Origin: Haliotis cracherodii
Lineage: Eukaryota
DNA: 64,000 nucleotides
Assembly: GCF_022045235.1 (NCBI RefSeq)
Contig: NW_027266308.1
Coordinates: 22,072,001-22,136,000 of the forward strand
Direction of reading: 5' to 3'
Shown: positions 24,733 to 37,295 of the stretch, piece after piece
Layout of the letters: the number at the start of each line of letters is the position of its first letter
Position numbering within the stretch: position 1 is the first letter of the stretch
Made by a program: the position numbers and the translations under genes
The notes under the pieces: model-generated
Database searches by the model: none
What the model saw: the letters and a program-made list of their open reading frames with translations, nothing else
What the model was told of the DNA's origin: nothing

Positions 24733-24981
24733 GGGGGCACGGGTGGCCCAGTCGTCTAAGGCGCCGCGATTCGCTGTGCAGAGTTGCGTCCCTTGGTTCG
24801 CCACAATTATGTTTCTAGGTATGTCAGCACCATACCCGTGCTCGTGGGTTTCACCGAAGTGGTAAACGTCTGAGACCTGCATCACTTCGGGCTTTCCTCC
24901 CACATTAAGCTGACACGCCGCGATATAACTGGAATGCTGTTAAAAGCGGCGTTAAACCCAACTCACTCACTCACTCACTCA
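24733..24981 (+). mobile_element. SINE family B with 14-bp TSD
   Basis: TSD ctctattgtgaaga at 24719-24732 and 24982-24995; internal deletion removes the B box. Confidence 0.88.
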
Positions 24982-25101
24982 CTCTATTGTGAAGACAATA
25001 CTCGGATAGAATGGCATCTGATATCTAATAAGCAACACCACTTGTAAGTACTTTGCATTTCACACCGAAGAATCGGTCCCAAGCAAGCTACCAATATGCT
25101 T

Positions 25102-25348
25102 ACCCGTGAAGATCGGAGTTAGATCAGCAACCCATGCCAGCTGTAAAAGGCGACTATGCTTGTACGAGGCAACTAACGGGATCGGGTGGTCAGGCTCGCT
25201 GACTTGGTTGATGCATGTCATCGTATCCCAATTGCGTAGATCGATGCTCATGCTATCAATCACTTGTTTGTTTGGTCCAGACTCGATTATTAACAGACAC
25301 ATAGTTGTAATATTGCTGAGTGCGGCGTTAAACAAACTAACAAACAAA
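25102..25348 (+). mobile_element. SINE family A copy
   Basis: acccgtgaagatc.. to gcggcgttaaacaaactaacaaac. Confidence 0.8.
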
Positions 25349-25676
25349 TCACCGTGCTGTAATACGGTGTATTTATATTATAAAATAACCAGAAACAAAG
25401 AGTAGTCCGATTCTGAGTATGTTCCAAGAACAAAATAGCTGAAAAGGTTTTCATGTCAGAGGTCAAATATTAGTAGAGAGCCATTCTAATGGGTGTTAGG
25501 CTACCGGTGGTTCACTTCGTCAAGATGAATAATTTGGCACGTGGCAATTAATACAAAATCATATTATAATACAAATTATACAAATCCAACTAAAGCTCCT
25601 CTTCATGGGATATTACCCCCCATGCATAAATAGTCTTACCAGTATGTCATAATACATTGTTTGACAGAGCACCGAC

Positions 25677-25760
25677 CTTGTTCATCAGGGGAGACAAGTT
25701 TTGACATCACTGAACGCATCATCGCAGACGGTGCTTCACTGAAGATCCCAACCACGGCCG
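25677..25760 (-). CDS. SLC46-like paralog 1, 84-nt exon
   Basis: AAVVGIFSEAPSAMMRSVMSKLVSPDEQG, the SLC46 RSxxSKLV..EQG motif; phase 1/1. Confidence 0.92.
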
Positions 25761-25881
25761 CTGAATGGAATGAATAGAGACATTACAAAGTGGCAACTAT
25801 TCGTGATAATACATTTTCAAGAACGAAAACAACAATTTCAGAAAAAAAATAAGACGTTAAAAAAGTTCTGGTAAGCCATAC

Positions 25882-26991
25882 CTATGATGACAAGGACGCT
25901 ACTCTGGCCGATTCCTAACAGCACCAGGAACAGCATGTTGGAAACACATCCGATGATGGCGATGTTGACTTCCGACAGGCGGCGCGCAAGGAAGCGCGTG
26001 AGGGCGAGTATGCAGACCCAATCAACAATGGTCCTGGCCGCGGTATAGCCGGTGATCTCTACTTTATTCCAGCAGAAGGGCGTGGCCAGGAGGTAGAGCG
26101 TCAGTACCGTGGCTTTGATCAGCTCCACGGAGAAGGACGTAAAGAAGGTCATCAAGGACACAATCAATTTCCACCGCCTTTTCTCAGGAGTGTCTTTGGT
26201 GTAAAACTGTATGCTTGTTTTGAATGATTTCAAATGTTCCTTGAACGTGAGGCTACCTTGGGGTCGATGTCTACGCGTTTCTGGAAATATGAATATCGTA
26301 AACAGGAGACATGCACTAGATAATGCGATTAAAAAGTATAACGGCTGTTTAAAGTTGACCTCCTCTATCCAAATTCCTGCAACCAAGGCCCCCATCGCTG
26401 AGCCTAAGCTCATCACTGCCTGAATTATAGCCATCCTCAATGCTCGCTTGGGTCCCGCGGTTGTAATGTCGGCCGCACATCCAAATAACGCCGTCAACAT
26501 TGTCCCAAAACCACCCGAAAACCCCTCGATTGCATTGCCTATGAATAGGTATGCGAGCGGTAGGTCCAGCTCGAACACGATGAGATACACTATCTCCTTT
26601 GATAGAAGACCACAAATCGGCATTAACATCGACAGTTTCCTACCGTGTCTGTCAGAGAAGGACCCAAGAACGATTGTTTGGATGATTCCAGGGAATGTGC
26701 TAGCAAAGATGAGGAATACTGTATAGTCAGCAGCTTTGCTCTGTATCTTGTTCTGCAGCCCTGTGTCGGACGAGTTACCTGCCTTGGGGCTGCAGGCGTC
26801 GGTCGTGCTTTTGTTGACGCCGCCATATTCTCTTGTTATTTTGTCGACTATGTAGAACTGTGTCAAGGGTAGAGTCATGACGATACCGCAGATGAAGAGG
26901 AATGCGACCACCTCCACTGGGACGTAGTGTCTGAGTGGAGGTAACGACATGCTGGTTTTGCCTTCGTTTTGGATCAGGGATTTGCGTTCAT
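25882..26991 (-). CDS. SLC46 (PCFT/SLC46A3-like) MFS transporter paralog 1, large exon
   Basis: Multiple TM helices, MFS motif A GSFSDRHGRK, AADIT, FPET, PFCW; acceptor at 26992-93 and donor at 25880-81. Confidence 0.92.
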
Positions 26992-27199
26992 CTGGAAGTA
27001 GCAGGGAATAAGTTACTTAACGACAGGTTTGGGAAGACGGAAACACACCCGCCTACCAATATAAAACCGTAACAACATTTCAAAGAGGAGAAAGGATGCT
27101 GAAAGGGTTTCGCTAAAGTCATAAATCGTCTTAAAAGTTTGTCACATCGAGCTTTCCTTCTGCATCAAGCTGACACGCAGCTATATAACATAAACACAA

Positions 27200-27400
27200 A
27201 TGTTTGTTTGTTGTTTAACGCCGCACTCAGCAATATTCCAGATTTATGACGGCGGTCTGCACCAGACAACCTTTATATCGAAATCATATGTGCATCGATC
27301 CATACAACTGCTATACGTCAACACGCATCAACCAAGTCAGCGAGTCTGACCACCCGATCCCGTTAGTCGCCTCATCGACAAGCATATGTTGCTGGTGGGA
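27200..27400 (-). mobile_element. SINE family A copy
   Basis: Reverse complement of the family tail and core. Confidence 0.75.
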
Positions 27401-27532
27401 CCCATAGTTAATTGAGTCGGGATAAAACATGTCCGTTTCTTCTGCCCTCGTATAAGTGACACGCCTTCGTATTTACTTTTACACTTGTCTGTAATTATTT
27501 CAACACGTATCCACACGTAGCCCATGTTGCAG

Positions 27533-27793
27533 GACCCGTGAAGATCCGGGGTAGAATAGGTCTTCGGCAACCCATGCTTGCCGTAAAAGGCGACTAGGCT
27601 TGTCGTTATAGGCGACTAACGGGATCGGGTGGTCAGACTTGGTTGATGCATGTCATCGTATCCTAATTGCGTGGGTCGATGCTCATGATATCAATCACTG
27701 AATTGTCTGGTCCAGACTCGATTATTTACATACCGCCGTCATATAGCTGGAATATTGCTGAGCGTGGCGTAAAACAACCAACCAACCAACCAA
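27533..27793 (+). mobile_element. SINE family A, full length, with 12-bp TSD
   Basis: TSD cccatgttgcag at 27521-27532 and 27794-27805 brackets gacccgtgaag...(caac)n. Confidence 0.9.
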
Positions 27794-27943
27794 CCCATGT
27801 TGCAGACGTGCGAGAAGGGAACTCCACGGGTTCGCACTATATTCCAATTGCAGGTCCATCCGTAAGCCACTCATTATGCGTGAACAAGTTATGATTGGCT
27901 TGCCTAGTTATAAATCTTAGAGACACATTAACAATAGATTTAC

Positions 27944-28010
27944 CTTCTTCCTCTGTCGCCTCCACTGGAGACTCGTCAGTCGCCACAACATCTTCCGTAT
28001 GGGCCGACAT
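27944..28010 (-). CDS. SLC46-like paralog 1, first coding exon (MSAHTEDVVATDESPVEATEEE)
   Basis: Phase-1 gtaaat donor joins in frame to the 26991 exon; begins MSAH like the paralog-3 exon at 44835. Confidence 0.75.
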
Positions 28011-28494
28011 TGTGTGTTTTTCCTTGAATGTGACCAATCCTCTACATGTCCCCAGGTCTAGACTGCAGTGACAGAACACGTATAGCTTGTAGTGGACCTC
28101 AATGCTAGAAACCCTATCTGTGGTTTTAGAATTATCATAACAAACTGCACCAAATGCTTACATAATGTTTCAGTACCAGAATCCGTACTCTACTGAGAAA
28201 GTGTTATCCCAAATATAACATTTGTAACATTTGACCACTTTCTAAGTGGCATTGTGTATTAAAAGCCTGAAGAAGCATCAAAATGTGCCGTGCACGTTTC
28301 AATGTGGATTTTCCTGGGAACATACTTGTAATATATTCGGTCTTCAAAATACACGAAAAGCAACAGAATTCTAAACTATAGATAAAAATAGGTACAGTCT
28401 AACACGACAGCTGTTCCAGGGGACACCACTACAATAGTTAACGATAAACGGTCTCCTCTCCATGATACAGTATCACCTTAGTTATATTGATATA

Positions 28495-28846
28495 TGGAAT
28501 CGTGTACTGCCATTGACCCAGTGTTACAAAGAATGGTGGGCCGCCCTTGACCCAGTGTGACATAGAATCGTGTGCCGCCCTAGACCTAGTGTGACATAGA
28601 ATCGTGGGCCGCCCTAGACCTAGTGTGACATAGAATCGTGTGCCGCCCTAGACACAGTGTGACAGAATCGTGTGCCGCCCTAGACCTAGTGTGACATAGA
28701 ATCGTGTACCGCCCCAGACCCAGTGTGACATAAAATCGTGTACCGCCCCAGACCCAGTCTTACATAGAATCGTGTGCTGCCCCAGACCCAGTGTGACATA
28801 GAATCGTGTGCTGCCCCAGACCCAGTGTGACATAGAATCGTGTGCC
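28495..28846. repeat. 34-35-bp minisatellite (about 10 units)
   Basis: Unit catagaatcgtgtgccgccctagacctagtgtga. Confidence 0.9.
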
Positions 28847-29404
28847 AGGGATGTGTACTGAGTTCCTGTTTGTTTGCCTTATTTGTAAATGACTTGGCCG
28901 ACAAAAATAAAAGTACTTGTTATCCGTGTATTAATTGTTGATTGTAATTCAAATCTAGACATTGTTATTCTATTCTGAAGTCTATTGTTGGTGTCAACGT
29001 GTCTCCTGTAAATCATGTTGTCCGTGGCGAATGCCAAAAATACACAGTTTACATTATTCTTATAAACGTTTATATTAGATACTTGTAAAAAATTGTATGT
29101 GTGACAGATTTACGTTTACCTTAAAAGTGTCAGAACTTTTTATTGCCTTAGTGTTTATTTCAATAATATTTTTTAGAAGGTTATGCCTAATTATTTATGA
29201 AAGGTAACACATTCCTCCGTTTTTATAGAGCGTAGTGCTGGTCACAATGCCTTATTAATGCCAACTTTAAGAGGATGTAAAAGGTCTGACGGTTATGAAA
29301 GAAATACGTTTTGGAGTGGAATGAATATATTCATTATTATACAAGGCAGATTCATTATATATACATAACACCCGATAAGTAATCATATATATGACCATAG
29401 GTTA

Positions 29405-29640
29405 CAGCAACCCATGCTTGCCGTAAAAGGCGACTAAGCTTGTCGTAAGAGGCGACTAACGGGATCGGGTAGTCAGGCTCGCTGATTTGGTTGAAGCATG
29501 TCATCGATCCCAATTGCGTGGACCGATCCTCATGATATCAATCACTGGATTGTCTGGTCCAGACTCAATTATGTACAGGCCGCCGTCATATAGCTGGAAC
29601 ATTGCTGAGTGCGGCGTAAAACAACAAACCAACCAACCAC
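29405..29640 (+). mobile_element. SINE family A copy
   Basis: cagcaacccatgcttgccgtaaaaggcgact.. to tail. Confidence 0.85.
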
Positions 29641-30345
29641 AGGTTAAAGCATGGCGTACGACCACCACTTCTACCTGAGCTACATTCCTGTGTCCGTGCA
29701 GTCAGTGTGTATACACACAACACAGGAGACCTACATACCCTATCTTTGTGTTTACCAGTGGAGTTAATAGCGGCGTTAACAGTTGACATTCCCTATGTTC
29801 AGTGTGTCAGAAATTTGATTGCAAAGCGCACACAGCATATCTTCTGACCCTGTCTAAAAATACATCAAATCACAAGACCATTAGTCAAGGTCAAGGTCAC
29901 GCATTTATCTCCTTCGTAGTATTATAGTGTGCACGTTGATGCACCGTCTTGGTGCAGCTGTATTGCACTCTTTACATGGCTGGGTAACTGGTGTCTCGCA
30001 TATGACACAAGGAGGATTGTCCATAACGGTGTTTAGTTACGATGGGAAGTATAATTATATCTTCGTTTCATGATATGAGTTTCGCCCTATTCAACAATTT
30101 GCTGAGTCATATGCAATCACGAGTATGTTTAGTGGAACTGAACTCATTTAAAATCTCGAATGTCTGTTTTTAACTTTTCTGTTACTAACATAGTACTTGT
30201 TTTACCTTATTGACATTCATATTAGTATTGAGTATTAGTATCAGTTGAGTATTAAATAAGATTCCCGACAGTCTACAAAACGGCGAACCCATTCTGTCAA
30301 TACACTACCTATGTATAACTAGCTCCCTGTACTCTGCATACAATC

Positions 30346-30476
30346 ACTCACCTGGGGGGTTCCTGTCTCTGTAGTTAACACACACACGGGGTGAGCTCAC
30401 AGGCTGTCTGTCACCTCTGACATGATACTCGGTCCCCGCGCACTATTTCCTGGTGACAGACTGTACACTTTATATG
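30346..30476 (-). promoter_or_regulatory. Candidate TATA box and non-coding first exon of SLC46-like paralog 1
   Basis: Minus-strand ATATAAA at about 30469-30475 and a perfect CAG|GTGAGT donor at 30346-30354; no transcript evidence. Confidence 0.4.
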
Positions 30477-30956
30477 CATGCTCACCCCCTCACCGTGCGT
30501 CCGCTCATCTGGAGTGTAATGATTTCAAATGTCCACACCTTCAGTGGTTTCCAAAAGTGGACAGCTGTCGCGTGACGCTGAACGTTCTTGAAAACTGTCC
30601 CATATACTGCGCTTAAGGAAGACCAGGTGCAACAGACGAGTTCTTACACAATTCAATGTATATGTATCATGACCACGAGTTTCCGGCTGTGTGAATTATT
30701 AGCCCTCATGTGACGGCTTGAATAGCCCTCAGGTCAGCCAAGGTGGATATATAGGACGCTGCCCAAGTTTTCCCCATAACTGTGAAAAGAAGTTATAAAC
30801 CTTATCCTGATGTGTTTTAGTATAAAATAACAAATAACAAACCATGGGAACATTAGCTATTTCGATATTATTATTTTTTGTTTTTTTGTTTTTGTAGGTG
30901 TTGGGGAGCGTGCGTGCGGCTCGTTAATCCATACTCATACACTGCTGTGAGTGACG

Positions 30957-31121
30957 GGGCGGTCGGGTAGCCTGGTGGTTTAAGCGTTCGCTCGTCACAC
31001 CGAAGACCCGGGTTCGATTCCCGACATGGGTACAATGTGTGAAGCCCATTTCTGGTGTCCCCCGCCATGATATTGCTGGAATATTGCTAAAAGCGGCGTA
31101 AAAGCATACTCACTCACTCAC
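30957..31121 (+). mobile_element. SINE family C, full length
   Basis: A/B boxes, tRNA-Asp-like gtcac loop, tail gctggaatattgctaaaagcggcgtaaaa(actc)n. Confidence 0.88.
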
Positions 31122-31149
31122 TGTGTGTAACGTCCCCAAAAGATGCCTT

Positions 31150-31630
31150 ACGATCCGACTGAAGGAAATAGGTTTCCTGTTCCCCATGCCTGTACCATCC
31201 GACTAAAGCGAATAGGTTTCCAGTTCCCCATGCCTATACCATCCGACTAAAGGGAATAAGTTTCCTGTTCTCCATGCCTGTACGATCCGACTAAAGGGAA
31301 TAGGTTTCCTGTTCCCCATGCCTGTACGATCCGACTAAAGCGAATAGGTTTCCTGTTCCCCATGCCTGTATGATCCGACTAAAGGGAATAGGTTTCCTGT
31401 ACCCCATGCCTGTACCATCCGACTAAAGGGAATAGGTTTCCTGTTCTCAATGCCTGTACCATCCGACTAAAGGGAATAGGTTTCCTGTACCCCATGCCTG
31501 TACCATCCGACTAAAGGGAATAGGTTTCCTGTACCCCATGCCTGTACCATCCGACTAAAGGGAATAGGTTTTCTGTTCTCAATGCCTGTACGAGCCGACT
31601 AAAGGGAATAGGTTTCCTGTATCCAATGCC
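31150..31630. repeat. 44-bp minisatellite (about 11 units) derived from a SINE-A-like head
   Basis: Unit ccgactaaagggaataggtttcctgtaccccatgcctgtaccat. Confidence 0.9.
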
Positions 31631-32083
31631 TGCTCGGTGACTTGGCTGATTGCTTGTAGATCGTACATGGTTGCAGAATCGATCATTTACGTGCCGTCGA
31701 ACTAAACTTGACAAGCTGACTGCGCCGTTAAACAATAGTCGCTGTCACTTTGCGTAGACGACGTGTATTGAGTCTTCCCTATGTCCGGCGTGTATGCCTA
31801 TGAATTAACACTCTTATAAAACATTCATCATTGGTTTCACAAATGGAAACCAACGAGGCCTCGGCCGCCAGTAAATAGCCAAGCCTATGGACCTCACGCC
31901 TAACGTGAAAGCCGACTTCATGAGGATAGCAATTTATTACCTTGCTGCTTGTGTGTCGTGACGAACTGCCGTCAATCACTGGTTGTGTTTAATCAAAACC
32001 TGTTTATTTAAAAAAAATCATGTTATTCACTCTTTCACTCGCTGTGCTTTAACTATTTACATCTCCACATCACATGTCCTTTG

Positions 32084-32357
32084 AGTGAGTGAGTTTGGTT
32101 TAACGCGCTTTAAACAGTATTCAAGTTATATCACGGAGTGTCAGCTTAATGTGGGAGGAAAACCCTGTGATGCAGGTCTCAGACGTTTTAAACGCTTTGC
32201 TGAAACTCACGAGCACGGGCATGGTGCTGATAAACCCAGAAACGTTCGCGGCAAACCGTGATTTTGAAACAACGATCATAGGCTTCTTGCGCGTCCGAGG
32301 GACGCAATTCTGCACACCTAACTGCGGCGCCTTAGGTGACAGGGCCACCCGTGTCCC
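32084..32357 (-). mobile_element. SINE family B copy
   Basis: Reverse complement of the family B tail, core and head. Confidence 0.8.
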
Positions 32358-32539
32358 CACATGTCCATGGATATCCAGATTATTGACGGATTCAGTTAGA
32401 TTATCAAACTTGAATTTGGAGAGAGAAAGAAGATAATATAGCAGTGAGAGCCATTTGTGACAGTGACTATAGTTTGGCAGGTAACGAAGTGGAACACTTA
32501 GTTTGCATACTAGATAAAATACCATTCGCCCATATTGTC

Positions 32540-33074
32540 CATCTACCCGAGGAAGAGAACTGACTATAAAAAGTCCTGTTTCCATCCATGCCGATCTAGA
32601 TTGGAATTATGGAGTTATATTTTGGCTTGACTGACGAGTCTATGCATAGTCCAAGCTCGTAACGAAATCGACATCCTGTTCATGAACTGCCGTGCAGATT
32701 TCGGTCGACTGCAGGATTTGCAAAGCATGTGTACCGCCAACTCGGCGTTAACAGATATTTTCCAAATCTTTTCATGGCTGTTTAATCAAGGTGCTCAATC
32801 GATTTGATGCACATCGTTAAGTAAGACCCGTTTTATCACAATATAGATTTTGATTATCGATCAAATCGTCTTCACTGGGCGCTGCCATTTTGTTTGAAGC
32901 AATGCTAGTGATATGAGAGGTGGAATCTAATTTGTTAGTAGGAGGGATATAGAAGGGACATAACTCGAAATAGCCACTGGTGGCGCTACGATCGAGCCCG
33001 GAAATTCCAACCTAGTTGGCAAGGGTGGAAACTGGACTTTTACAGTCAGTTAACTCCCTTGACTCGGGAAGATG
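32540..33074. mobile_element. Non-autonomous DNA transposon (TIR catct(t/a)cccgag), 8-bp TSD atattgtc, hAT-like
   Basis: Terminal inverted repeats with TSD on both sides; second copy at 60121-60657. Confidence 0.8.
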
Positions 33075-33825
33075 ATATTGTCTAGCATTTACATAGACAC
33101 TTTAAGTAGCTCACGCTGGTCACATCTAAAAGGCGAAATTGATTGCCCTTCCGAACGTGTTTCCTAGGTTCTTCTCTGTTTCAATGTTAATGTTAAGGAG
33201 GGATGGGACAAACAAGTGTCGGTAAAGGCCTCGCCACGTGACCAAGACATGTGACCAAGACATGTGACCTAGCCGTCTGCTGCTCCCTCATCCGACTGAT
33301 GTTCTCTTGTCTTCCCACCCGCACTTCGAGGTTGTCTGTTTTTGTTAATGATGGTGATAAATACATTTTTGTTACATTCAGCAAAGTTAACACATTACAT
33401 TTGAAGTTTAAATGGTATAAGTCGCTTTAAGTGTCTGTATGAACGACTAGTTTCTGAGCTAGCATGAAAAATAGGATTTGCACAAATTGTAATTAATATA
33501 TTTATTAATTTCTATTAAAATAGTCCAGTTACATTGCGACCACATGTACAGTACGTCCGAGTCTGGACCAGATAAACCATTTGTTATTATCAGAAACCCT
33601 TGAGGTACGAAGATGCACATTTAACCAAGCCTGGTCACCTGATACATTTAGTCGCCCTTTAGGAAAGGCATAGATTTCTGGGGACAACTTCTTACCTGAT
33701 TGAACATAGTGTTGAACATAAATGGATATTGTTGTGAACACCAATCAGTACTCATCACATACACACAACCTCTCAGCAAACTATTATCCTTGCCTATGGT
33801 CATTTAATAACCTTTTTGTTGGCAG

Positions 33826-34881
33826 ATGTCATGTTGTCCTCAAGTGGGGGCCTGGAGACGCCAAGCCGACTCGCTCTGGTGGAAATGCCTTTGTTTCTGT
33901 ACTACGTCTGCCACACCAACGTCCTGCTTACCCAGTTCTACCTCCACGACAAGTATATGCGTTCCTATACCGGAAATGGGTCTTCAGTCAACGCCTCGAA
34001 GGACATAGTCGACGCCATCCAAGCAGACACGACCATGACCTTTACATATATATTAATAACTTTATTATGTCCAGCCATTTTTGTGAACTTGTTAGTCGGG
34101 CCACTTTCTGATCAGCTTGGAAGGAAAGCGTTTCTTATTATGGTTAATGTCGCTTCCTTTGTGAAAGTTAACATTGATATCATTGTCATGCACTTTGATC
34201 TGCATGTTGGATACCTTTTTATTGGAAACATGATTTATGGACTGGGTGGCAGCTACGCTCTGATGTTAACATGCGGACTAGCAATGGTAGCTGACGTTAC
34301 ACCCATTGGGCCACAGCGATCATTCCGCATCACAACGTCATGTGCAGCCATCGCTGTTGGCATCAGTTTGGGTATCTCCATAACGGGTGTCCTCATTGAT
34401 TCGTTTGGATTTGTATTCCCGGCTATACTGTACGCTGTGGCCAGTTTCACCAACGTTTTGTTTGTGTGGTGTTTCTTGCCTGAAACAGTGCCTGGTGGGT
34501 CATTGAGGTCCCTCTGTTTATCAGACATTATCGAGAATATACAAAGAGGCATTGACGTGTATGGGCGGAGTATCCCGAGTCTGCGACGCGTTTCCCTGCT
34601 CCTCTCTCTATTGGCCGGCGTCCTGCTTCTGTCCATCATGAAGGTGGAAATGACTCTGTCCAGTCTGTTCCTCCTCGCTCCACCATTCAATTGGACTTCT
34701 ACACATGTCGCCCTCTACTACGGGGTGAAGACAGTGGTAAGCTGGGCCATCATACTCGCGTCAACTAAGTGTCTGCTTAGATACTGCTCCGACCTCACAC
34801 TAGCCATATGCGGATGTCTCTCGCTGTCTCTGGACGTCCTTCTCATAGGCATTGCGGACACAGATTCAGTGATGTATACTG
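33826..34881 (+). CDS. SLC46-like MFS transporter paralog 2, large exon
   Basis: GPLSDQLGRK, VADVT, LPET, PFNW; phase-1 acceptor ggcag as in the paralogs (in-frame ATG at 33831); gtaagt donor; upstream exon not confidently located. Confidence 0.9.
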
Positions 34882-35097
34882 GTAAGTTGAAATGGGGTTC
34901 GATTCCCAGAATCAGCACAATTCATTAATCCCATTGTTACATTCCCCGTGTGTTGCTGGAACATTCCTGAAACGGCATGACGGATTCCTAATCCACCCTT
35001 CAACTATTTAATGCCTTAACAACGTAATCCAATCACTTCTACAATGATGAAGACGATAATGTTCATAATTAATATACACATGTCTGTTTACATCCAG

Positions 35098-35181
35098 CGG
35101 CCTGTGTCGGGTTGTACGGTGACCAGGGCATCTCAATGGTGAGAACCTTCATGTCGAAGTGTGTGCCTCTCCAAGAACAAG
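35098..35181 (+). CDS. SLC46-like paralog 2, 84-nt exon
   Basis: AACVGLYGDQGISMVRTFMSKCVPLQEQG. Confidence 0.9.
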
Positions 35182-35498
35182 GTTGGTTTAAAGTATAAAT
35201 GTACCCAGAATTAGAACGCACAGTTTGAAAGCTTTGAATCATTCCAAGCAGTCCCAGCTTTTGGTGTCTACATTTCGCAGTTTACTTCGAAGATTTCATG
35301 CGAGTGTCATGCGACTCTTGCTCAGACATTGTTAGTTCAGACTTAAAGTATTCAGTGCCTCAGCAAAAGCTTTCCAAGGGTTTCATCGTCGATATGTGGA
35401 GGACATTTCCAAATTTGACTGACGGTCACCAATGATATATCCGATGCAATTCCCTTTTTGGACCGGTATCATCCCTATGTAATTCATTATCATATCAG

Positions 35499-35770
35499 GG
35501 GGGCGCGGGTGGCCCAGTTGTCTGAGGCGGCGCGATTCGCTGTGCAATTGCGTCCCTTGGGCACGCCAGAAACCTATGATTGTGTTCGAATCGCGGTTCG
35601 CCCCGATTATGTTTCTAGGTTTGTCAGCACCATGACCGTGCTCACGGGTTTCACCGAAGTGGTAAACGTCTGAGACATGCATCATTTCGGGTTTTCCTCC
35701 CACATTAAGCTGACACGTCGCGATATAACTGGGATACTGTTAAGAGCGGCGTTAAACCCAATTCACTCAC
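35499..35770 (+). mobile_element. SINE family B with 15-bp TSD
   Basis: TSD tcattatcatatcag at 35484-35498 and 35771-35785. Confidence 0.9.
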
Positions 35771-36019
35771 TCATTATCATATCAGCAAATGATATTGTCT
35801 GAATCGTAATATGGACATTTCTTATGATTACGGAAGGGCTTTGTCGCTTTTATTAATATTCGGCCATATTTGTGCTGAATAGGTTACGCATTGGAACTCT
35901 TTTGTTGTAATATTAAAACAATAGTTCTTAATGTTTCTTTTTTCCCAAAGATAAGAGATTTGAAGATAATTAGGTACATGTTTCGGAGACAGAACTAATT
36001 TCATGAATGCTTTGCTAAG

Positions 36020-36176
36020 GAGCCCTATTCTCTACTCTGAACGTGTGCCAGTTAATCTGCTACCTGTTCGTTACTCTGGCCATCAACCTCACCTACCGAG
36101 GCACCCTGGATGTCCGCCCTGGCGTCGCATACTTCGTCATGACTGCCGTAGCTGCAGTTACCGTCGGCATACTTGG
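36020..36176 (+). CDS. SLC46-like paralog 2, 157-nt exon
   Basis: GALFSTLNVCQLICYLFVTLAINLTYRGTLDVRPGVAYFVMTAVAAVTVGIL; AAG acceptor; length identical to the paralogs. Confidence 0.88.
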
Positions 36177-36899
36177 GTAGGTATATGTCATACAGAAGGC
36201 CAACCAAGTGTATTTGTTCACTGACAATAAGCCAAAGAATAAGACACAATTAAATGAGACATCATATTAATTTAACTCAAATGTGTGGACTGTTCTGTCA
36301 AACAAATCACATTGTCATTATTAGCTTGCTCTCTCTGTGCTTTTGCTGTCAATGTGTATCAGTATTTTGTTTATATTCATATTGCCTTGGAGATAGTTCC
36401 AGTTTATTCCCAAATACGTGGTTTGTGACTGAAAAATAAAAAAAATCCCGTTAAAAGGTTCTTGAAGAGGCCGCGGGTACCTATGTCATGTCAGTAGATA
36501 TTCCAACACAGGGTAGATTCCCAATTATCCGAATCCCGGGATCCAATATATAGTTTCTCTTACCGTGGGACTCGTTGTAAAAGTGATTTTTAGAAAGTGA
36601 TTCCAGGTTTGTCTCCCCTCCCGAACCTTTGTTAAAAAAGGTCCCTAGTACCCAATGTGTGTCTCTTCTTGGGATTCCAGGGTAGAAAATAGACCCCCAG
36701 CATGTATCGCGCCGTTGAGAGTCCGCCGTGGAAGCAGTCGGTTTCCTAAATGAGTTTAAAATATAATCCTAACACTGCCCTAGGTAATGTACTTTCTCTT
36801 ACCTGTGTTCCGAATGTACAGATACCCCCGGAAACAGGCTTAACGAAGTCTAACTTTCAAACTTTACACTGTCATAACAAACAGCATATTCTGTTTCAG

Positions 36900-36960
36900 A
36901 TATATCAACATAAGAAACAAGGGATTCAATTGGTCCCTGGTAAACTACAGTCCACATTGA
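36900..36960 (+). CDS. SLC46-like paralog 2, probable last exon
   Basis: ctgtttcag acceptor; phase 2 gives (G)YINIRNKGFNWSLVNYSPH*; AATAAA at about 36988. Confidence 0.55.
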
Positions 36961-37295
36961 GGACAGGCACAATGGGTGATTTGCAACAATAAAGATGTAA
37001 AACAGTGTTTCTCTGTTCCCATTTTGGACAAAGATTCCGATAAGTGACTAAACAAACACATCTGACTTTACGATCTCAATCAATTGTTTTCCCCTAAAGA
37101 GAAGTAACACCGGTGAAAACAAGGCGTAAAAGACACATTTGTTATACAGTCCCTGCAATAAATTTACATACAGTTTGGAACTATTATTCTTCTAGAAATG
37201 CATAAAACAATAAAAATACAATAAATAACATCAGTTGATAGTTCCACTGGTTGATCCAAAGGGATAACGTCAGTGGAAGGATTCCTGAGAGTACC

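Noticed and set aside
30957-31035. tRNA genes (also at 12130, 18464, 47325, 56921 and 63030)
   Set aside because: A/B boxes are present but acceptor stems are broken, and each continues into a SINE body or tail, often with a TSD.
33203-33221. MGQTSV mini-exon as first coding exon of SLC46 paralog 2
   Set aside because: Phase fits, but the donor is weak and there is no similarity to the MSAH exons; cannot be supported without RNA data.
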